64,000 nt of DNA from Octopus sinensis (GCF_006345805.1 NC_043013.1:12710001-12774000); one strand, 5' to 3'. Positions 26,750-40,836 are shown, counted from the stretch's first letter. Numbers and translations are program-made. The notes: a model not told the origin generated them from the letters alone.

Positions 26750-26761
26750 ATCAACCAATCA

Positions 26762-26857
<96 letters not shown>

Positions 26858-27000
26858 GTTTGTCTGTCTGTCAGTCTATGTACCTACCTACCTACCTACC
26901 TACCTACCTACCTACCTACCTACCTATCTACCTACCTACCTACCTACCTACCTACCTACCTACCTACTTGTCTGTCTGTCTGTCTCTCTGGCCTGTACTA
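26705..27000. repeat. (CT)n-(CTAT)n-(CTAC)n microsatellite
   Basis: Directly visible. Confidence 0.95.
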
Positions 27001-27663
27001 TCTGTCTCTCTATCTATCTATGCGTCAATATATCTCATCTTTAACTCTTTCTGTATATCACTATATCTTTCTCCCCCTTTCTCCCTCATGTTTTCCCCTT
27101 TCCACTCTCCTTTTTCTACTTTCTTTTTTCTCCTTTCATCTCTTGCCTTCACCTCGGCTCGCTCCTCCTTACTCTTTTCCATTCTTCTTCCTCCTTGACT
27201 TCCTTCTCGCAGTAAAATAAAGCATTATGAAATTAAAAGTACAGATGGGAAAATATGGTTAGTAGAGGGAGGAGAAAAAGCACGGCGGACGATTACGATC
27301 ATGGAGAAGATGGGGAAGAGAAAGTAGTAGTAGTAGTAGTAGTGGTTGTGATGGTGGTGGTGGTGGTGGTGGTGGTAGTAGTACTAGTAGTAGTAGTAGT
27401 AGTAGTAGTAAGAGGAGGAGGAGGAGAAGGAGGAGACTGTGAAGTGTAGGAGGAGGTGGGGAGAATGGAGAAGTGGAGGAGAGAAAAATAGTATGTGATG
27501 ATAAATTGCGAAAAGGAGGAGGGAGGGAGGGAAAGAAGAAGAAGAAGAAGAAGAAGAAGAAGAGGAAGAGGAAGAGGAGAGGAAGAGGAAGAACAAGAAG
27601 AAGAACAAAAAGAAGAACAAGAAGAAGAACAAGAAGAACAAGAACAAGAACAAGAACAACAAG

Positions 27664-27699
<36 letters not shown>

Positions 27700-28179
27700 A
27701 TCCAAAATCTTTTAGATACTTAATATTATAGATTCTGGATGGAGGATGAGCAAAGTCTACCTTGGTTAAATTTGACCTCAGATGCTTAATTACAATGATA
27801 TACTACAACATTGTTTAAAGACAGAAACTATTATTACTGATAATGGCTCCGGCGTAAATTTCACATTTCCAGATCCGACCCCATTGCACGATACATTGAT
27901 AAGTGCATTTTACCAAGCCTTGTATTGACCAGTAACTTTGTACGTTATACATATGTATATGTCCTGTTATCTCTTGACAATACGCTTGTTTATTTACTTA
28001 CGAGGGCATTGTCGTAAGGGCATGTCAAATTTGAAGAATTCTTGATTCTTGAGGTTATTATCTTAATTGTCAATTGTTAATTATGGTACATTCTATTGAT
28101 GTAGAGATAATTTTGATAAATTAGAAACGTTTGAGAATCATGACACATGCGGGCACTCCAAAACTCCACCTTCCTCGAA

Positions 28180-28350
28180 CACCTCTGCAATTTCTGGGCA
28201 GGGGGATAAGTTGATTATATCGGCTTATTTTATCAAACCCAAAAGCATGAAAGGTAGAGTCGACCTCGGCGGAATTTGAAGTTAGGAGGTAAAGAGCCTG
28301 CAGAAGTGCCACTAAGCACTTTGTGTCGTGCGCAAACGATTCTGCCAAGA
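28180..28350 (-). mobile_element. Old degenerate SINE family B
   Basis: atgaaaggtagagtcgacctcggcggaatttgaa...gcaaacgattctgcca. Confidence 0.7.
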
Positions 28351-28638
28351 CTTGAAGCGCACATATTTGGAGAGTAGGTGTAATCGTGCATAGATCAACC
28401 CTGATATTATGATTGTCATTGATCCAAAGTCGAAGAGGAGAAGAGGGGACAAAAAATTTCTGCGAAAAGGATTTCAGCAGAATTCAAGGAATGTGGACAC
28501 AGAAAGCCAAAGCATGGTAATAAAAAGAAAATATGGTTTCCTTTTTATAATAATGTCTCATAATTGTGGGATCAAGCAGCAACGTTTAGACGAAAGCATA
28601 ACGCTGAAAATTTATCTTAAAACATTAAACAATTAAAA

Positions 28639-29062
28639 GGCGTAGGAGTGGCTGTGTGGTAAGTAGCTTGCTTACCAGCCACATGGTTCCGGGTTCAGTC
28701 TCACTGCGTGGCACCTTGGGCAATTGTCTTTTACTATAGCCTCAGGCCGATCAAATCCTTGTGAGTGGATTTGATAGACAGAAACTGAAAGAAGCCCGCC
28801 GTATGTATGTATATATAGTATGTATGTGTGTGTGTGTATGTGTATGTTTGTGTGTCTGTGTTTGTCCCCCAACATCGCTTGACAATCGATGTTGGTGTGT
28901 TTACGTCCCCGTAACTTAGCGGTTCGGCAAAAGAGACCGATAGAATAAGTACTAGGCTTACAAGGAATAAGTCCTGGGGTCGATTTGCTCGACTAAAGGC
29001 GGTGCTCCAGCATGGCCACAGTCAAATGACTGAAACAGGTAAAAGAGTAAATAGTAAAGAGT
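28639..29062 (+). mobile_element. Full-length SINE family A
   Basis: Colinear with 16924-17363. Confidence 0.92.
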
Positions 29063-29684
29063 TTCTGATTTGTAATAATGCCTCATAAATATGGGATCAA
29101 ACAGCAACATTTAGCCAAAAGCATTACACTGAAAATTTATCTTAAAACATTTAACAACTCTTAAACATTACAATTATGAATTTGTAATGCAAGAATCCTG
29201 ATGTGAAACTGTGTGTTGAAACATGTATTTCGGGACGGTCACTTTTGCCAAATAAACACACGCACGATCTATTCGTCCATTACTCGTTTATTATTGTTTT
29301 TATTTTAACTCATGCCCATTGTCCAGAAATATTTCGTCGCACATCTGTGACCTCTTTAGTACACTTTTTGTCCTCGTGTGAGCTCCTGCTCTGCCTCGTC
29401 CATTCTCTTAAACAATTATAAGACAAAAGATAGAAGTTATAAAATTGTAAAATGCGAGAGGTATCTTTTGATTTTACTTATCCTTACTATATGTGAACAA
29501 TATTTCCTTAATTTTTATAAAATATTTCATTTCGTTTGTGTGTGTATGCCTTATATTGACGTACGAAACAGACGAGAGGAGAGAATATTTATCTTTGATG
29601 ACTTATATTTTACACTGGACTGCGGCCATGCAAGTACACACTGCCTTGAAGGGTTTTAGTCGAACAAATTACAATACTCTTACT

Positions 29685-30090
29685 CTTTACTCTTTTACTC
29701 TTTTACTTGTTTCAGTCATTTGACTGCGGCCATGCTGGAGCACCGCTTTAGTCGAGAAAATCGACCCCGGGACTTATTCTTTGTAAGCCCAGTACTTATT
29801 CTATCGGTCTCTTTTGCCGAACCGCTAAGTGACGGGGACGTAAACACACAGCATCGGTTGTCAAGCAATGCTAGGGGAGAAACACAGACACACAACATAT
29901 ACACACACACTTATATATATATACATATATACGACAGGCTTCTTTCAGTTTCCGTCTACCAAATCCACTCACAAGGCATTGGTCGGCCCGGCTATAGCAG
30001 AAGACACTTGCCCAAGATGCCACGCAGTGGGACTGAACCCGGAACCATTTGGTTGGTTAGCAAGCACTACCACACAGCCACTCCTACGCC
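29685..30090 (-). mobile_element. Full-length SINE family A
   Basis: Reverse-complement copy with a (cttttact)n tail. Confidence 0.92.
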
Positions 30091-30394
30091 ATTTTATATT
30101 TATTTTTTTTATTCACATATTTATACACCCTTATTACTTAAATGTTCACGACAGGCTTCCCCCAAGTAAGTGTCTACCATATTCACTCGCAAGGCATTGG
30201 TCTGCTCTGGCTTATTCTAGAAGACACTTGCAAACATGCGGTTAAGTGTTCAGTGCCACTGTGCGGCACTTTTATCAAGAGTCTTTTACTAAAGTACCGG
30301 GTCGTCCAATATCTTATAATTAAATCTGGGGTAAGGAGACATCTAAGATGTTCCTGCTGTTATTTAGCCCAAAATCAGCTTTAGCTGAGCAGAC

Positions 30395-30760
30395 GTATAA
30401 TCAAAGGCATTCCAGCCGTGACTATCCTGTATAAATGACTTTTTTGACTGTCGCTCCGTCGGTTACGATGACAAAAGTTCCAGTTGATTCGATCAACGGA
30501 ACAGCCTGCTCGTGAAATGAACGCGCAAGTGGCTGAGTACTCCACAGACACGTATACATTTAACGTAGTTCTCATGGAGATTCAGCGTGACACAGAGTGT
30601 GACAAGGCCGGTCTGTTGAAATACAGGAACAGCTCATTTTTGCCTGCTGAATGGATTTGAGCAATGTGAAATAAAGTATCTTGCTCAACGACACAACGCG
30701 TCGCTAAGAATTGAACTTACGACCTTACAGTCATAAGCTGAATACCCTAACCACTAAGCC
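30395..30760 (-). mobile_element. SINE family D
   Basis: Homologous to 14270-14572; head ggtggcttagtggttagggtattcag...gttcaattc. Confidence 0.75.
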
Positions 30761-31436
30761 ACCACTTTTGTATATATAGGACTACATCATCCAATGCGTT
30801 CTTCCTTCTTTTGTAAGAGACTACGGTGATTTTAAACAAATTTTGGTTGCTATTAACGCAGGTGGAGCGACGACGTAGAAAGTGTGTTATTAGCTCGCAA
30901 GGTGGCGCTGCTGATACCAATGGTAACGGCAGTGGTGCTTCAAGGGGCCAGTTACCATTTCATATAGTCTACCTCCATGAATACAGAATTAAAGTTCCAG
31001 TCTTTTATTAGTACCAAAGTTCTTAGAAGATATTCACCCCCTTTTTTTTGGCGCTTCTTCTTACAGTTCTTATCGTTCTTCTTGTTGTTGTGTTGTTGTT
31101 TCTGTTGCTGTAATTAATTCGGTGAAATTGCATTCTGACGTTTTGCATAACTGCAATGCTGCTTGCAACTTGTGAAGGTGCATTCATTGTGCAGTGGTAT
31201 GTTGGACACGGAATGAAAAAAAAAAGAGACATGATTGGTCAATATCTTGAACCGGCATACATTCCAGCTCTTCTTCTTCACACACACGCGCGCACACACA
31301 CACACACATATACACATGCATACACACACATAAATACACTGATATATCAACACCTATATACATACCATGACCAACAAATGTATACACCCGCAAGAATACA
31401 GCGATCTCACACACAATCACACACACACACACACAC

Positions 31437-31474
<38 letters not shown>

Positions 31475-31823
31475 GAACACACACACGCGCACGCACGCAT
31501 ATATATACATACACACATACATACTTACACGCATACGCACACACTTACCGTTATACCCAATCACACACATTTTCCTACATACACATATAAATCATGCACA
31601 AGACATACACACACACACAGATACAGACATACAGTAACACATAGACACGCACGCATATGTACAAGCATGTGCATATAACCACATTGACACATACCGACAT
31701 AGAACATACGTAGGTACATGCACACATGCCGAAACATACATAGATACATATATATATATATATATAACCACACATATATATATATATAACACATATATAA
31801 CACACACACACACACACACACAC

Positions 31824-31867
<44 letters not shown>

Positions 31868-32390
31868 TACGTACATGCACACACACACAACACACACACA
31901 CAGACAAGCACAGAGGATGATTTCTTTGCTGTGTTCAGCCGTTTTATTGACGTACAATGACGATATAGATCAGACAGCGTGCTTGCATGTCTGTGTATGA
32001 GTATTTCTGCGTGGTTATGTTTGTACGTGCGTAGGTGTATATGCGAGTATGCGTGCATATGCGCGTACGCGTGTGCGTCTGCTTTATATAGCTGTCTGAT
32101 TGTATATATATATATATATATATAATATATATATATATATAGATATATTATAATATATGTCTTCTGAAGAACGTAGGCGTTGAAATTAATTGAGTATATC
32201 GCTAAATGGGCGAGTAAACGGCTAGGTATTTATATTTGCACGTTTGCATGTGCGAGTGTGTATGTGTATGTTGTCTCTGTGTGTTTGTGTGTCTTTGTGT
32301 GTTGTGTGTATACATGTATGTGTGCATATACATACATAATATATATATATATAATATATATATATATATAATATATATATATATATATAC

Positions 32391-32442
<52 letters not shown>

Positions 32443-32629
32443 CGAATGCATTTATATGTATTACTGAATGTATGCCGGTAGGTGCGTATGTATGCATGAT
32501 AGTGTATATGCCTATGTACGTATGTTTCTTTATTCGTATGAAATGTGTGTTTAGAGGGATTGATAGACAGAGGGATAGAAGGATGAATGGATTCTTTCAT
32601 TCATGTATAATACAAATACATATATACAT

Positions 32630-32672
<43 letters not shown>

Positions 32673-32935
32673 TATATGTGTATGTATATATTCGTGTATA
32701 CATATGCACACATATATATATATATAGATATATGAAAGTAAAAATACAGGATCCAAAAACATAAGATGTATGTATGTATGTATGTATGTATGTGTGTGTA
32801 TGTGTCTGTTTGTATGTAAGACAGTAATATTGGAATGCAAAGAGGTATGCATACAGATGCAAATTCTCAGGTAATAAACGATCATGCATACACACATGCA
32901 CATACACATACATACATGTATATCTAAATACGTAC

Positions 32936-33000
<65 letters not shown>

Positions 33001-33796
33001 GGTGTGTGTGTGTGTGGTGTGTGTGTGTGTGTGTGTAGTATATATATAATCATATATATATGTGTATGTATGTGCGGATACTTACGTATACTTACTTATA
33101 TATACATATACATAAATACATTGATACATACATATATATATTTATATATGTATATATGTATATATATATATATGTGTGTGTATATATATATGTATATATT
33201 TATATACTCACACACACACGTGTATGTATGTATGTATGTGTGTATGTATGTATACATAAGCATTTACCCTTATTGAAGGCTTGTAGGTAATATAAACTAT
33301 CTCCCAGACACTTCCAAAGTAACTTTAGAATTTCAAGAATGGTGAAGAAGCGAGATTAAATAAAGGGGAGAGGAGTGAGTGACAAAGAGAACGTACAGGG
33401 GTGAGGTGGAGGTGGGCCAAGTCGAATGATGCAGGAGGAGAGAAAGGGACGGTGAAATGAGAATGGGAATAGGAGACCGCTTTGGAGGGAACGAAGGTGG
33501 TTTGTTAAAGTGGACGTAAGGTGAAGCAGTGTTGAGGAAAATGAGAGATGATACAGAGATGAAGAGATAGATAGGTAAATGGATGGAGATATAGAGAAGA
33601 TAGATAGAGAGAGAGGGACAGAGAGAGAGACAGAGAGAAGGACAAAAGAAGGGAGGTGATACATAGAAAGGTGGGTGTAGAAGGGAAAAAGGAGGAAGCG
33701 ATAGCTTGATTGATAGTTAGATAAATAGGTAGACCGATAGATAAGAGAATTGGTTGACTGATATACACACACATACACACACACACACATATATTT

Positions 33797-34201
33797 TTAT
33801 TCTTTACTTGTTTCAGGCATTTGACTGCGGCCTTGAAGGAACACCGCCTTTAGTCGAACAAGTCGACCCATTGACTTATTCTTTGTAAGCCTAGTACTTA
33901 TTCCATCGGTCTTCTTTGCCGAACCTCTAAGCTGTGGGGACGTAAACACAGCAGCATCGGTTGTCAAACACAGACACATAAACACACACACACGCACACA
34001 CATACACACACACACACACACACACATACACACACTCACGACGAGCTTCTTTCAGTTTCTGTCTACCAAATCCATTCAAAAGGCTTTGGTCGACCCGAGG
34101 CTATAGCAGAAGACAGTTTCCCACGGTGCCACGCAGTAGGACTCAACCCAGAATCATGTGGTTGGTGAGCAAGCTACTGACCACATACCCACACCTGCGC
34201 C
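33797..34201 (-). mobile_element. SINE family A, degenerate full length
   Basis: Colinear with the other family A copies. Confidence 0.85.
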
Positions 34202-34361
34202 TTATATAATATTATATTAAATTATATTAAATTATTCCCTAATATTTATTATATATATATATATAGTATATATATATATATATATTCGACACGACCCCAT
34301 CACATCAAACACTACTACCACGTACACACTAGAGACCACTTCCAGACCCACATTTTCCCAC

Positions 34362-34461
34362 NNNNNNNNNNNNNNNNNNNNNNNNNNNNNNNNNNNNNNN
34401 NNNNNNNNNNNNNNNNNNNNNNNNNNNNNNNNNNNNNNNNNNNNNNNNNNNNNNNNNNNNN
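34362..34461. other. Assembly gap (100 N)
   Basis: Exactly 100 N; true size, order and orientation across it are unverified. Confidence 0.99.
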
Positions 34462-35173
34462 TAGCTCTTTAATATACACTGAGTATACTACTCAAGCTAC
34501 ATACAGCAAGGACAAAAGAAACAAAAATAGAATGTAAAGAGCTTAAAAACGAAACGCCAACAAGAACAGATTCGAACGGCAAAACAATAGACATTATCAA
34601 ACACAAGCAACAGCAAAAACAAATCACAAAAGAACAGAAGAGACACCAACCCCACTACATACCAACACAACAATTCACTAAGCATACAGCCCTAAACACA
34701 AGCATCACTAAGCATATAACACAAGCAACACACAACAAAAAGACAAAAATAAAATTTACACGTGTTAAAAATTTTTTGTAAAAATGTTGAATGACGTTAA
34801 CTGGAGTGTGGGGTTCGAGTAGACGTCATTCCACCTTTTCATTTATCATTATTATTCTTTTCATTCGATTTAATTTTCCTCCACTTTTGTGTTTTGTTTG
34901 GCCTTATGCTGTCCCCTCTGGGTTTCAACTCTATATGGTTAATAAAAAAATTTCAGTCGGCGAGGTACGCCTTTGTGTTGCGGTTGGTTATTTATTGGTG
35001 AAGGTTTGTTGTTTGAAGTCGTTCTATTGCCGTTGTTTCCCTCGGGACTACCTCGTGTTTGAAAACTTAGTGTCTTTTGACACACTGTTCGCCTGAACAG
35101 GCTTGGTTTTCCTCTTGTTCCTCTGTTGTGGGCGAAATTTTTGCGTTTTGTATGGGAATTGTGCCCGCACAAA

Positions 35174-35620
35174 ATGACTAGTGATTTGTATGACGTGTCG
35201 GACCTCATACAGAATGTCAACTCGGAGTACGAAAGCGACTCGGAAAAAAGTGTGGATGATTATGTGGCAGCGGTCAGTAGGCGGCAAAGAAGATAGAATA
35301 TCAAGACGGAGGCCGTGGAAACATTTTAACCAATTCTGCGGGGAGAAGTAACAAGCGTGAGGTTGACTACTCCACCCCATGAAACGAGAAAAAGAACGAT
35401 AATTTAACGCTATCTCTTAAAACAAAGAGAATAGAGATAGCGTCTATCGAAGAAATGGAAAATGTTTTAAAGCCTATTATGTTCAATTTACAATATATGA
35501 AAAGAGGCAAGAAATTAGGTAGCGTGGAGGTACAGTTCATACCAGAATACGACACTAGGGGTGATTCTGCGATCACCCTGTAGACGAAAAGCTGGCTCTT
35601 TTGCCGTCATACTTTGGCAA
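35174..35620 (+). pseudogene. Possible LINE (Tx1/L1-like) ORF1 remnant
   Basis: MTSDLYDVSDLIQNVNSEYESDSEKSVDDY...* then KRIEIASIEEMENVLKPIMFNLQYMKRGKKLGSVEVQF. Interrupted by stops; resemblance to RRM-type ORF1 is from recollection. Confidence 0.4.
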
Positions 35621-35685
35621 AAGAAACATAGAAGTCGCAATAGAAAGATATTCACCTGAAATTAGACCGGCGTGTATAAATATAA

Positions 35686-36107
35686 GATCTTTTCGGTTTG
35701 AACGGCAGTTTTTAACATAATTTCTACGTAACTAAAGACTTTTAAACTTCGTATACTGGTAGAATGTGTTTATAAAACATCTTTTTCTCTTGGCTTTATT
35801 GAGAAAATTCTATAGTTTGTAAGATATTTGTTGTTTTTTTCTTCAATTTCTGCAATTTCAACCTATCACTGACGTCCATTGAGGTAAACAACATTCTGTG
35901 CCGTATGAATATGTCCCTCGTTTAAGAAACAGATTGGGTTTATTTACATTTGTGAAGAAAAAAAGATACCCTTCCCCCACCCCTAACCCTAACCCTAACT
36001 AACCCTAAAATAGATTGAAATGCAATAGATCGGTACTAGGGTCATAATTATGGGTTACAATTTCATATGACACCGCTAGAAAAACTGCAGTTCAAACCGA
36101 AAAGATC
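35686..36107. mobile_element. MITE-like element with 28-bp terminal inverted repeats
   Basis: gatcttttcggtttgaacggcagttttt ... aaaaactgcagttcaaaccgaaaagatc (27/28 match); internal CCCTAA motifs at 35981-36008. Confidence 0.8.
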
Positions 36108-36459
36108 CAAAATATATGTATAAAAAATATAAATAGAATACATTTTTTTACATATTTATAGAGATATTGGTTTATAAATTTATTGCTTATATATATTTTT
36201 TTCTGTATTCTACCCTCCACCCTGAATTTTTCTTGTGCGTATTTTGTGTATATGGAATCCTTTGTGCGCGCGTGTGGATGTGTGGGTGTGTACATGCAGG
36301 CGAGTATTGCGCATATAGACGTGTTGTACTCATTGCTTTTTACACATTTTCCTGTGTAAAAGATAAAGAGAGAGAGAGGGAGAGAGAGAGAGAGAGAGAG
36401 AGAGAATTGAAGGCGTTCGAGTCAAAAAGAAAGAGTACAGTTTGAAATTATATATATAT

Positions 36460-36492
<33 letters not shown>

Positions 36493-37118
36493 TATATATA
36501 CATATATATATACATATTGATAAAAATGATAAGACAGCAAAGGAATGAAAGAGACCTCGATATTATGTAAATAGAGGAGTGCCCCAGCATGGCCACAGCT
36601 CATGAGCTGAAACTAGATGAAATAAAATAAATTAAAAAAAATGTAATATGTGGCAATTATTCGGTAGCTGTGAGAAAACTCCGAGTTTCAGATGCCGAGG
36701 TGGAAATCCACGCCGCCATCACTTCAGTTATCCGCCATCGAAAAAAATGCTATGAAAAACGACCGTTATACAAAGGGAAATTACTGTGTGAGTGACCGCT
36801 AGTAAGACAAAAGAGCTATTTGAATGACCTCTAAGTGAGGGGAGGGAGTAAAAGTAAGAGGGTAAAAAGGTTCATAGTATTCGCGTAAGCGTGCATGTTC
36901 ATACCTACACATGCGTGCCCGCACACCAACGTGCATGCGCCTAAAAGTATTATACACTCATCCACCCTCACTTGAAACATACACAACCTCACCCGCACCA
37001 TTCGCCAAATATATATATATATATATTTATATACAACCCCCCCCCCCACGCGCGCGCACAAAAAAGTTCATACCCACGTCTATATGCACCTACAGACATG
37101 GAAAACAGGGCTAAAGGC

Positions 37119-37176
<58 letters not shown>

Positions 37177-37185
37177 TGTGTCTGT

Positions 37186-37462
37186 GGAGGCGCAATGGCC
37201 CAGTGGTTAGGGCAGCAGACTCGCGGTCGTAGGATCGCGGTTTCGATTCCCAGATCGGGCGTTGTGAGTGTTTATTGAGCGAAAACACCGGCAGCGGGTG
37301 GTGGCGATCCCGGCTGTACGATTTCGCCGCAACTTTCTTCTGTTGGCCTGCTCGCTTAGCCAGCGGGGTGGCGTCATTTGAAGGCTAAATCAATGCGAAG
37401 CGCATCGTGACCAGCGATGTGTAGCAACATCTGATAGCCTGGTCGGTCACGTGATTACGTGA
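37186..37462 (+). mobile_element. SINE family C in unit 1 (19-bp internal deletion)
   Basis: A-box tggcccagtgg, B-box gtttcgattcc, 3' ...gcctggtcggtcacgtga. Confidence 0.88.
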
Positions 37463-37467
37463 TATAT

Positions 37468-37498
<31 letters not shown>

Positions 37499-37501
37499 AA
37501 T

Positions 37502-37552
<51 letters not shown>

Positions 37553-37890
37553 TTCTAATTTACTCTAATTATGCAAAAAAGTCAGTAGCTGGTTCAACCA
37601 TTGCGTAATATAGTAGTTATCACTACTAATAAAGAAAATTTATTTTGCTCTATGATTATGTAAAATAGTAAACTAATCTATCACTAGGAGAAATAGAACG
37701 CTGTTCCACATATGTGAAAAATAATAATCAGCTGTACATTGGTATACTGGAAAATGTATTAAGATATTCATAAGCAAAATTTATAAGGTTGCTGTTAATA
37801 CGGAGTCTTTGATGAATTTCCAAAACACTCATTGGTCATAATTTGTGCAAACAGAAGTAATAGAGAAATAAATGAAAAACATTAAATTAC

Positions 37891-37960
37891 TTGGGATTCT
37901 TCGTCACCATAACTGTCTTCTTCAGCCAATGATTCTAAATTCCTCTCAGAAGATAGTGAT
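37891..37960 (-). CDS. Candidate micro-exon B, unit 1 (70 nt, phase 2 to 0): (L)SLSSERNLESLAEEDSYGDEESQ
   Basis: Acceptor ttcattttttgtag|, donor |gtaatt, open frame, phase-complementary to exon A. Confidence 0.6.
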
Positions 37961-39492
37961 CTACAAAAAATGAACCAAGGAGGAAGTTTAAGATTAGTGA
38001 AAGTTGTTTGTCATATGGAGTGTAGTTAACATTCTGGACATTTGAACTTCATCTAAAAGTTGAGAAAAGGAGAAAAGTGATATTGTTGCATGGGTTGGGA
38101 GCAAGAAACAATGGAATATTATTGAAAGACTAATATAGGAGGTGATGAGAAGGATGACCAAGAGGGAGTTAAGGTCAGAATGAGTCAGAGGTTAGAGGTA
38201 TGGTCAGGGTCTGGTGAGCAAAGGCGGAGAGGAAAGCTAAGAACATATGAGGAGACGGTAGATAGATTCAGTGAGGATTATGAATAAATTTATGGAGTAA
38301 TATCTATGTATATTTAGACCTGTTGTGAAATTAGGAATACATTTCAATAAGTAGCTTTGAACAATTTTATTTCAAAAGAGAGGTCAGCAAATCTTGACGA
38401 AGTGCTCAGACAGTAAAACTCGTCAGTTTGATTTTTATTACAAGCTGCTGAAAATATACTTCATAGACTTCATTTCACATCAAAAGGTACATTTACGCAT
38501 AAAGTCTGGGGTGTAAATACTCATGTAATTAATATCAAGTCATCAAATTTCTACAATTTTCAAATGGCATTTAACTGGTACAATTTTGATTGTGTTTTGA
38601 TATATAGCCTTCTGCCATTTATCTCGGTTTTGTGGGATGTGTAGGTGTGTGAGATCTGATGAACTGTAAAAGACAGTTAATCTGCTTAATTAAATTCACA
38701 TCTCTAGAAAAACTTCTGTTTCAATGTATGATTTCTTACATAAAATAAGACCTCAAGTTTCAAGAATTACCATAAGGTATTTTGTTTGACCGTTTTATAA
38801 TTCTGCTAATCCACTACATTTTCTTCAAATGTATATTAAGACACAAACAAACAGTAACATTAGAAGAGATAAACTGATAGGTTAAACATTTCTGACTTGA
38901 CTGTATGTATTTGGTGGAGATACTTAGCGTTTATGGGGCAAATTTCAAAGCTACACTAAATACACGGTGGTAACACACTTTACATTGTTATTAGTTTGCA
39001 CGGATTTACTTGAGCATCGCTTTTGTTGGAACCAAAATGTTTTCGCTTTTCCCTTTATATCTACAGGAAACCCCTTTGTAGTTTCCGATTCAATGTTTCC
39101 TTTTCCTTACCGTTATAACGTCATTTCATTTCTTCAATACAAAAGGTTCTGACTAATGCTTAAGTAAGAATTAATATCATATATTTATAAATATCTGATA
39201 AATATTTTCGAGACAAAATAATAATTTCAAATGTCCAGAAAATTGATTTTTTTAGAACTGAAAATATATTATCAAATCTAGTTCAAAATGGTTAAAGTCG
39301 TCAACAGAAACTATGAAAGAGTGAAGTATAAAAGAAAAAACAGAAGCAAAGAAACAATCAAAGCCAGTGAAATTGCTGGATCTCTTGTAACTTTAAAACA
39401 AACATCACAACTACATGGTTACATTACATCAACAAAGGAAAATACTTTACTTCAAATAGAATATAAAATCCAATATCACCATAATACCTATA

Positions 39493-39554
<62 letters not shown>

Positions 39555-40193
39555 ATTTCGGAATGGTCATTTTGACAGTTTAGCCGATAAAAACACATGC
39601 ACTATATATTTGGTGTTACTTTGCTACAGTGTTATTTATTTTTTACATTAATCTTAATCTTATTTCGGTCAGAGTTCTTTCGTCACACAAAAGTGACCGC
39701 ATCAGTGGTCCTTTGCTTTCTTCTTTCTTATTTGTGTGTCTCTCCTTACTAACCGTCAGCCATTTTGCTTTTCTATTGTATGTGTCTATGTGTATTCATT
39801 TGTGCATGCTTATATCTCTATGTGCGTCTATGTTTAATTAGTGTGTGTGTGTGAATGCCTGTAATATTTGTATCTTCTGTTTATATACGTTCGTGTAATT
39901 TGTTTTTGTTTTTGTTTATTCTTATTTTGCTCATGTATTTACATCCACTTATTATTATTTTCATTACGTATGCTTCTATGTATGTATGTATGTATAACAA
40001 CAATACTGCTACTACTAATGATAATAATGATAATAAAACATTTTAAAACATTTAAAAATTAAAAAAAAATCTTTTAAATTTAAGAAAAAATTATATAGTT
40101 ATTTATTTCTATTTGTTTATTTATCTGTGTATTTTATTTATTATGTTTTCGGCTTTGTTTATATTGTAACCAGTTTATGGGGATCCTCTACTG

Positions 40194-40496
40194 TCATATG
40201 TTGTGGTGTGTGCTAGTGTTCCATTCCAGTTTCCTATTCAGGGTATGTTTATCTTCTATTATGTGTGTAGCTTCCGTAATTTGACTCATTGTTGCATCTG
40301 TTCTATGCGTGGACAAGATTTTAACTTCTATGTTGTTGATTGATCCCCCGTGTTCATGCTCGGCATGTTGGTACAGAATTGATGAGCTTTTAGCGTCCTT
40401 AAGTTCTCTCCAATGTCTATTTACCCGCTCTTCTATGCTTCGTGCCGTTTCCCCTACGTATGTCGTTGTCTTGTTACTGCTCATCCCTCTATACAT
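40194..40496 (-). mobile_element. Penelope-like element GIY-YIG endonuclease fragment, unit 1
   Basis: TYVGETARSIEERVNRH...SSILYQHAEHEH...ITEATHI...LNRKLEW: YVGET.R...R..H motif with downstream E and N. Confidence 0.82.
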
Positions 40497-40652
40497 CTTA
40501 TACTATAGACTACTATTATCTTGGCTTGAATATTTTAAGTTTTATAATTATTAATTTTTATCAATATTAATTATTTACTATTATTCATTTTCATTTTAAT
40601 TAAATTTCATATTTTAACATTTTTGTATACTTTCTTATATTATTATCTTTTA

Positions 40653-40836
40653 GGCGGCGAACTGGCAGAATCGTTAGCGCGTCGCTTCGTTCGGAGTTCA
40701 AATTCCACCGAGTCGACTTTGCTTTTCATCCTTTTGAGGGTCGATAAATTAAGTACCAGTAAAAACACTGGAGTCGGTGTAACCGACTAGTCTCTTCCCC
40801 ACAAACTCGAGACCTTGTGCCTACAGTAGAAAGGAT
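40653..40836 (+). mobile_element. SINE family B, unit 1
   Basis: ggcggcgaactggcagaatcgttagc...gagttcaaattcc...ccttgtgcctacagtagaaagg, with ATT repeats on both flanks. Confidence 0.88.

Noticed and set aside
37186-37260. tRNA-like sequences (also 12952, 13847, 20487)
   Set aside because: They lack a complete cloverleaf and continue into SINE bodies, so they are SINE heads, not tRNA genes.
38026-38052. MKFKCPEC*, resembling a C2H2 zinc-finger start behind a strong acceptor
   Set aside because: It stops after 8 codons with no His pair, and in the phase needed after exon A it reads TGA immediately.
39067-39163. Plus-strand acceptor (ccctttatatctacag|) and donor (|gtaaga) pair
   Set aside because: The longest frame stops before the donor, and no partner exons were found.
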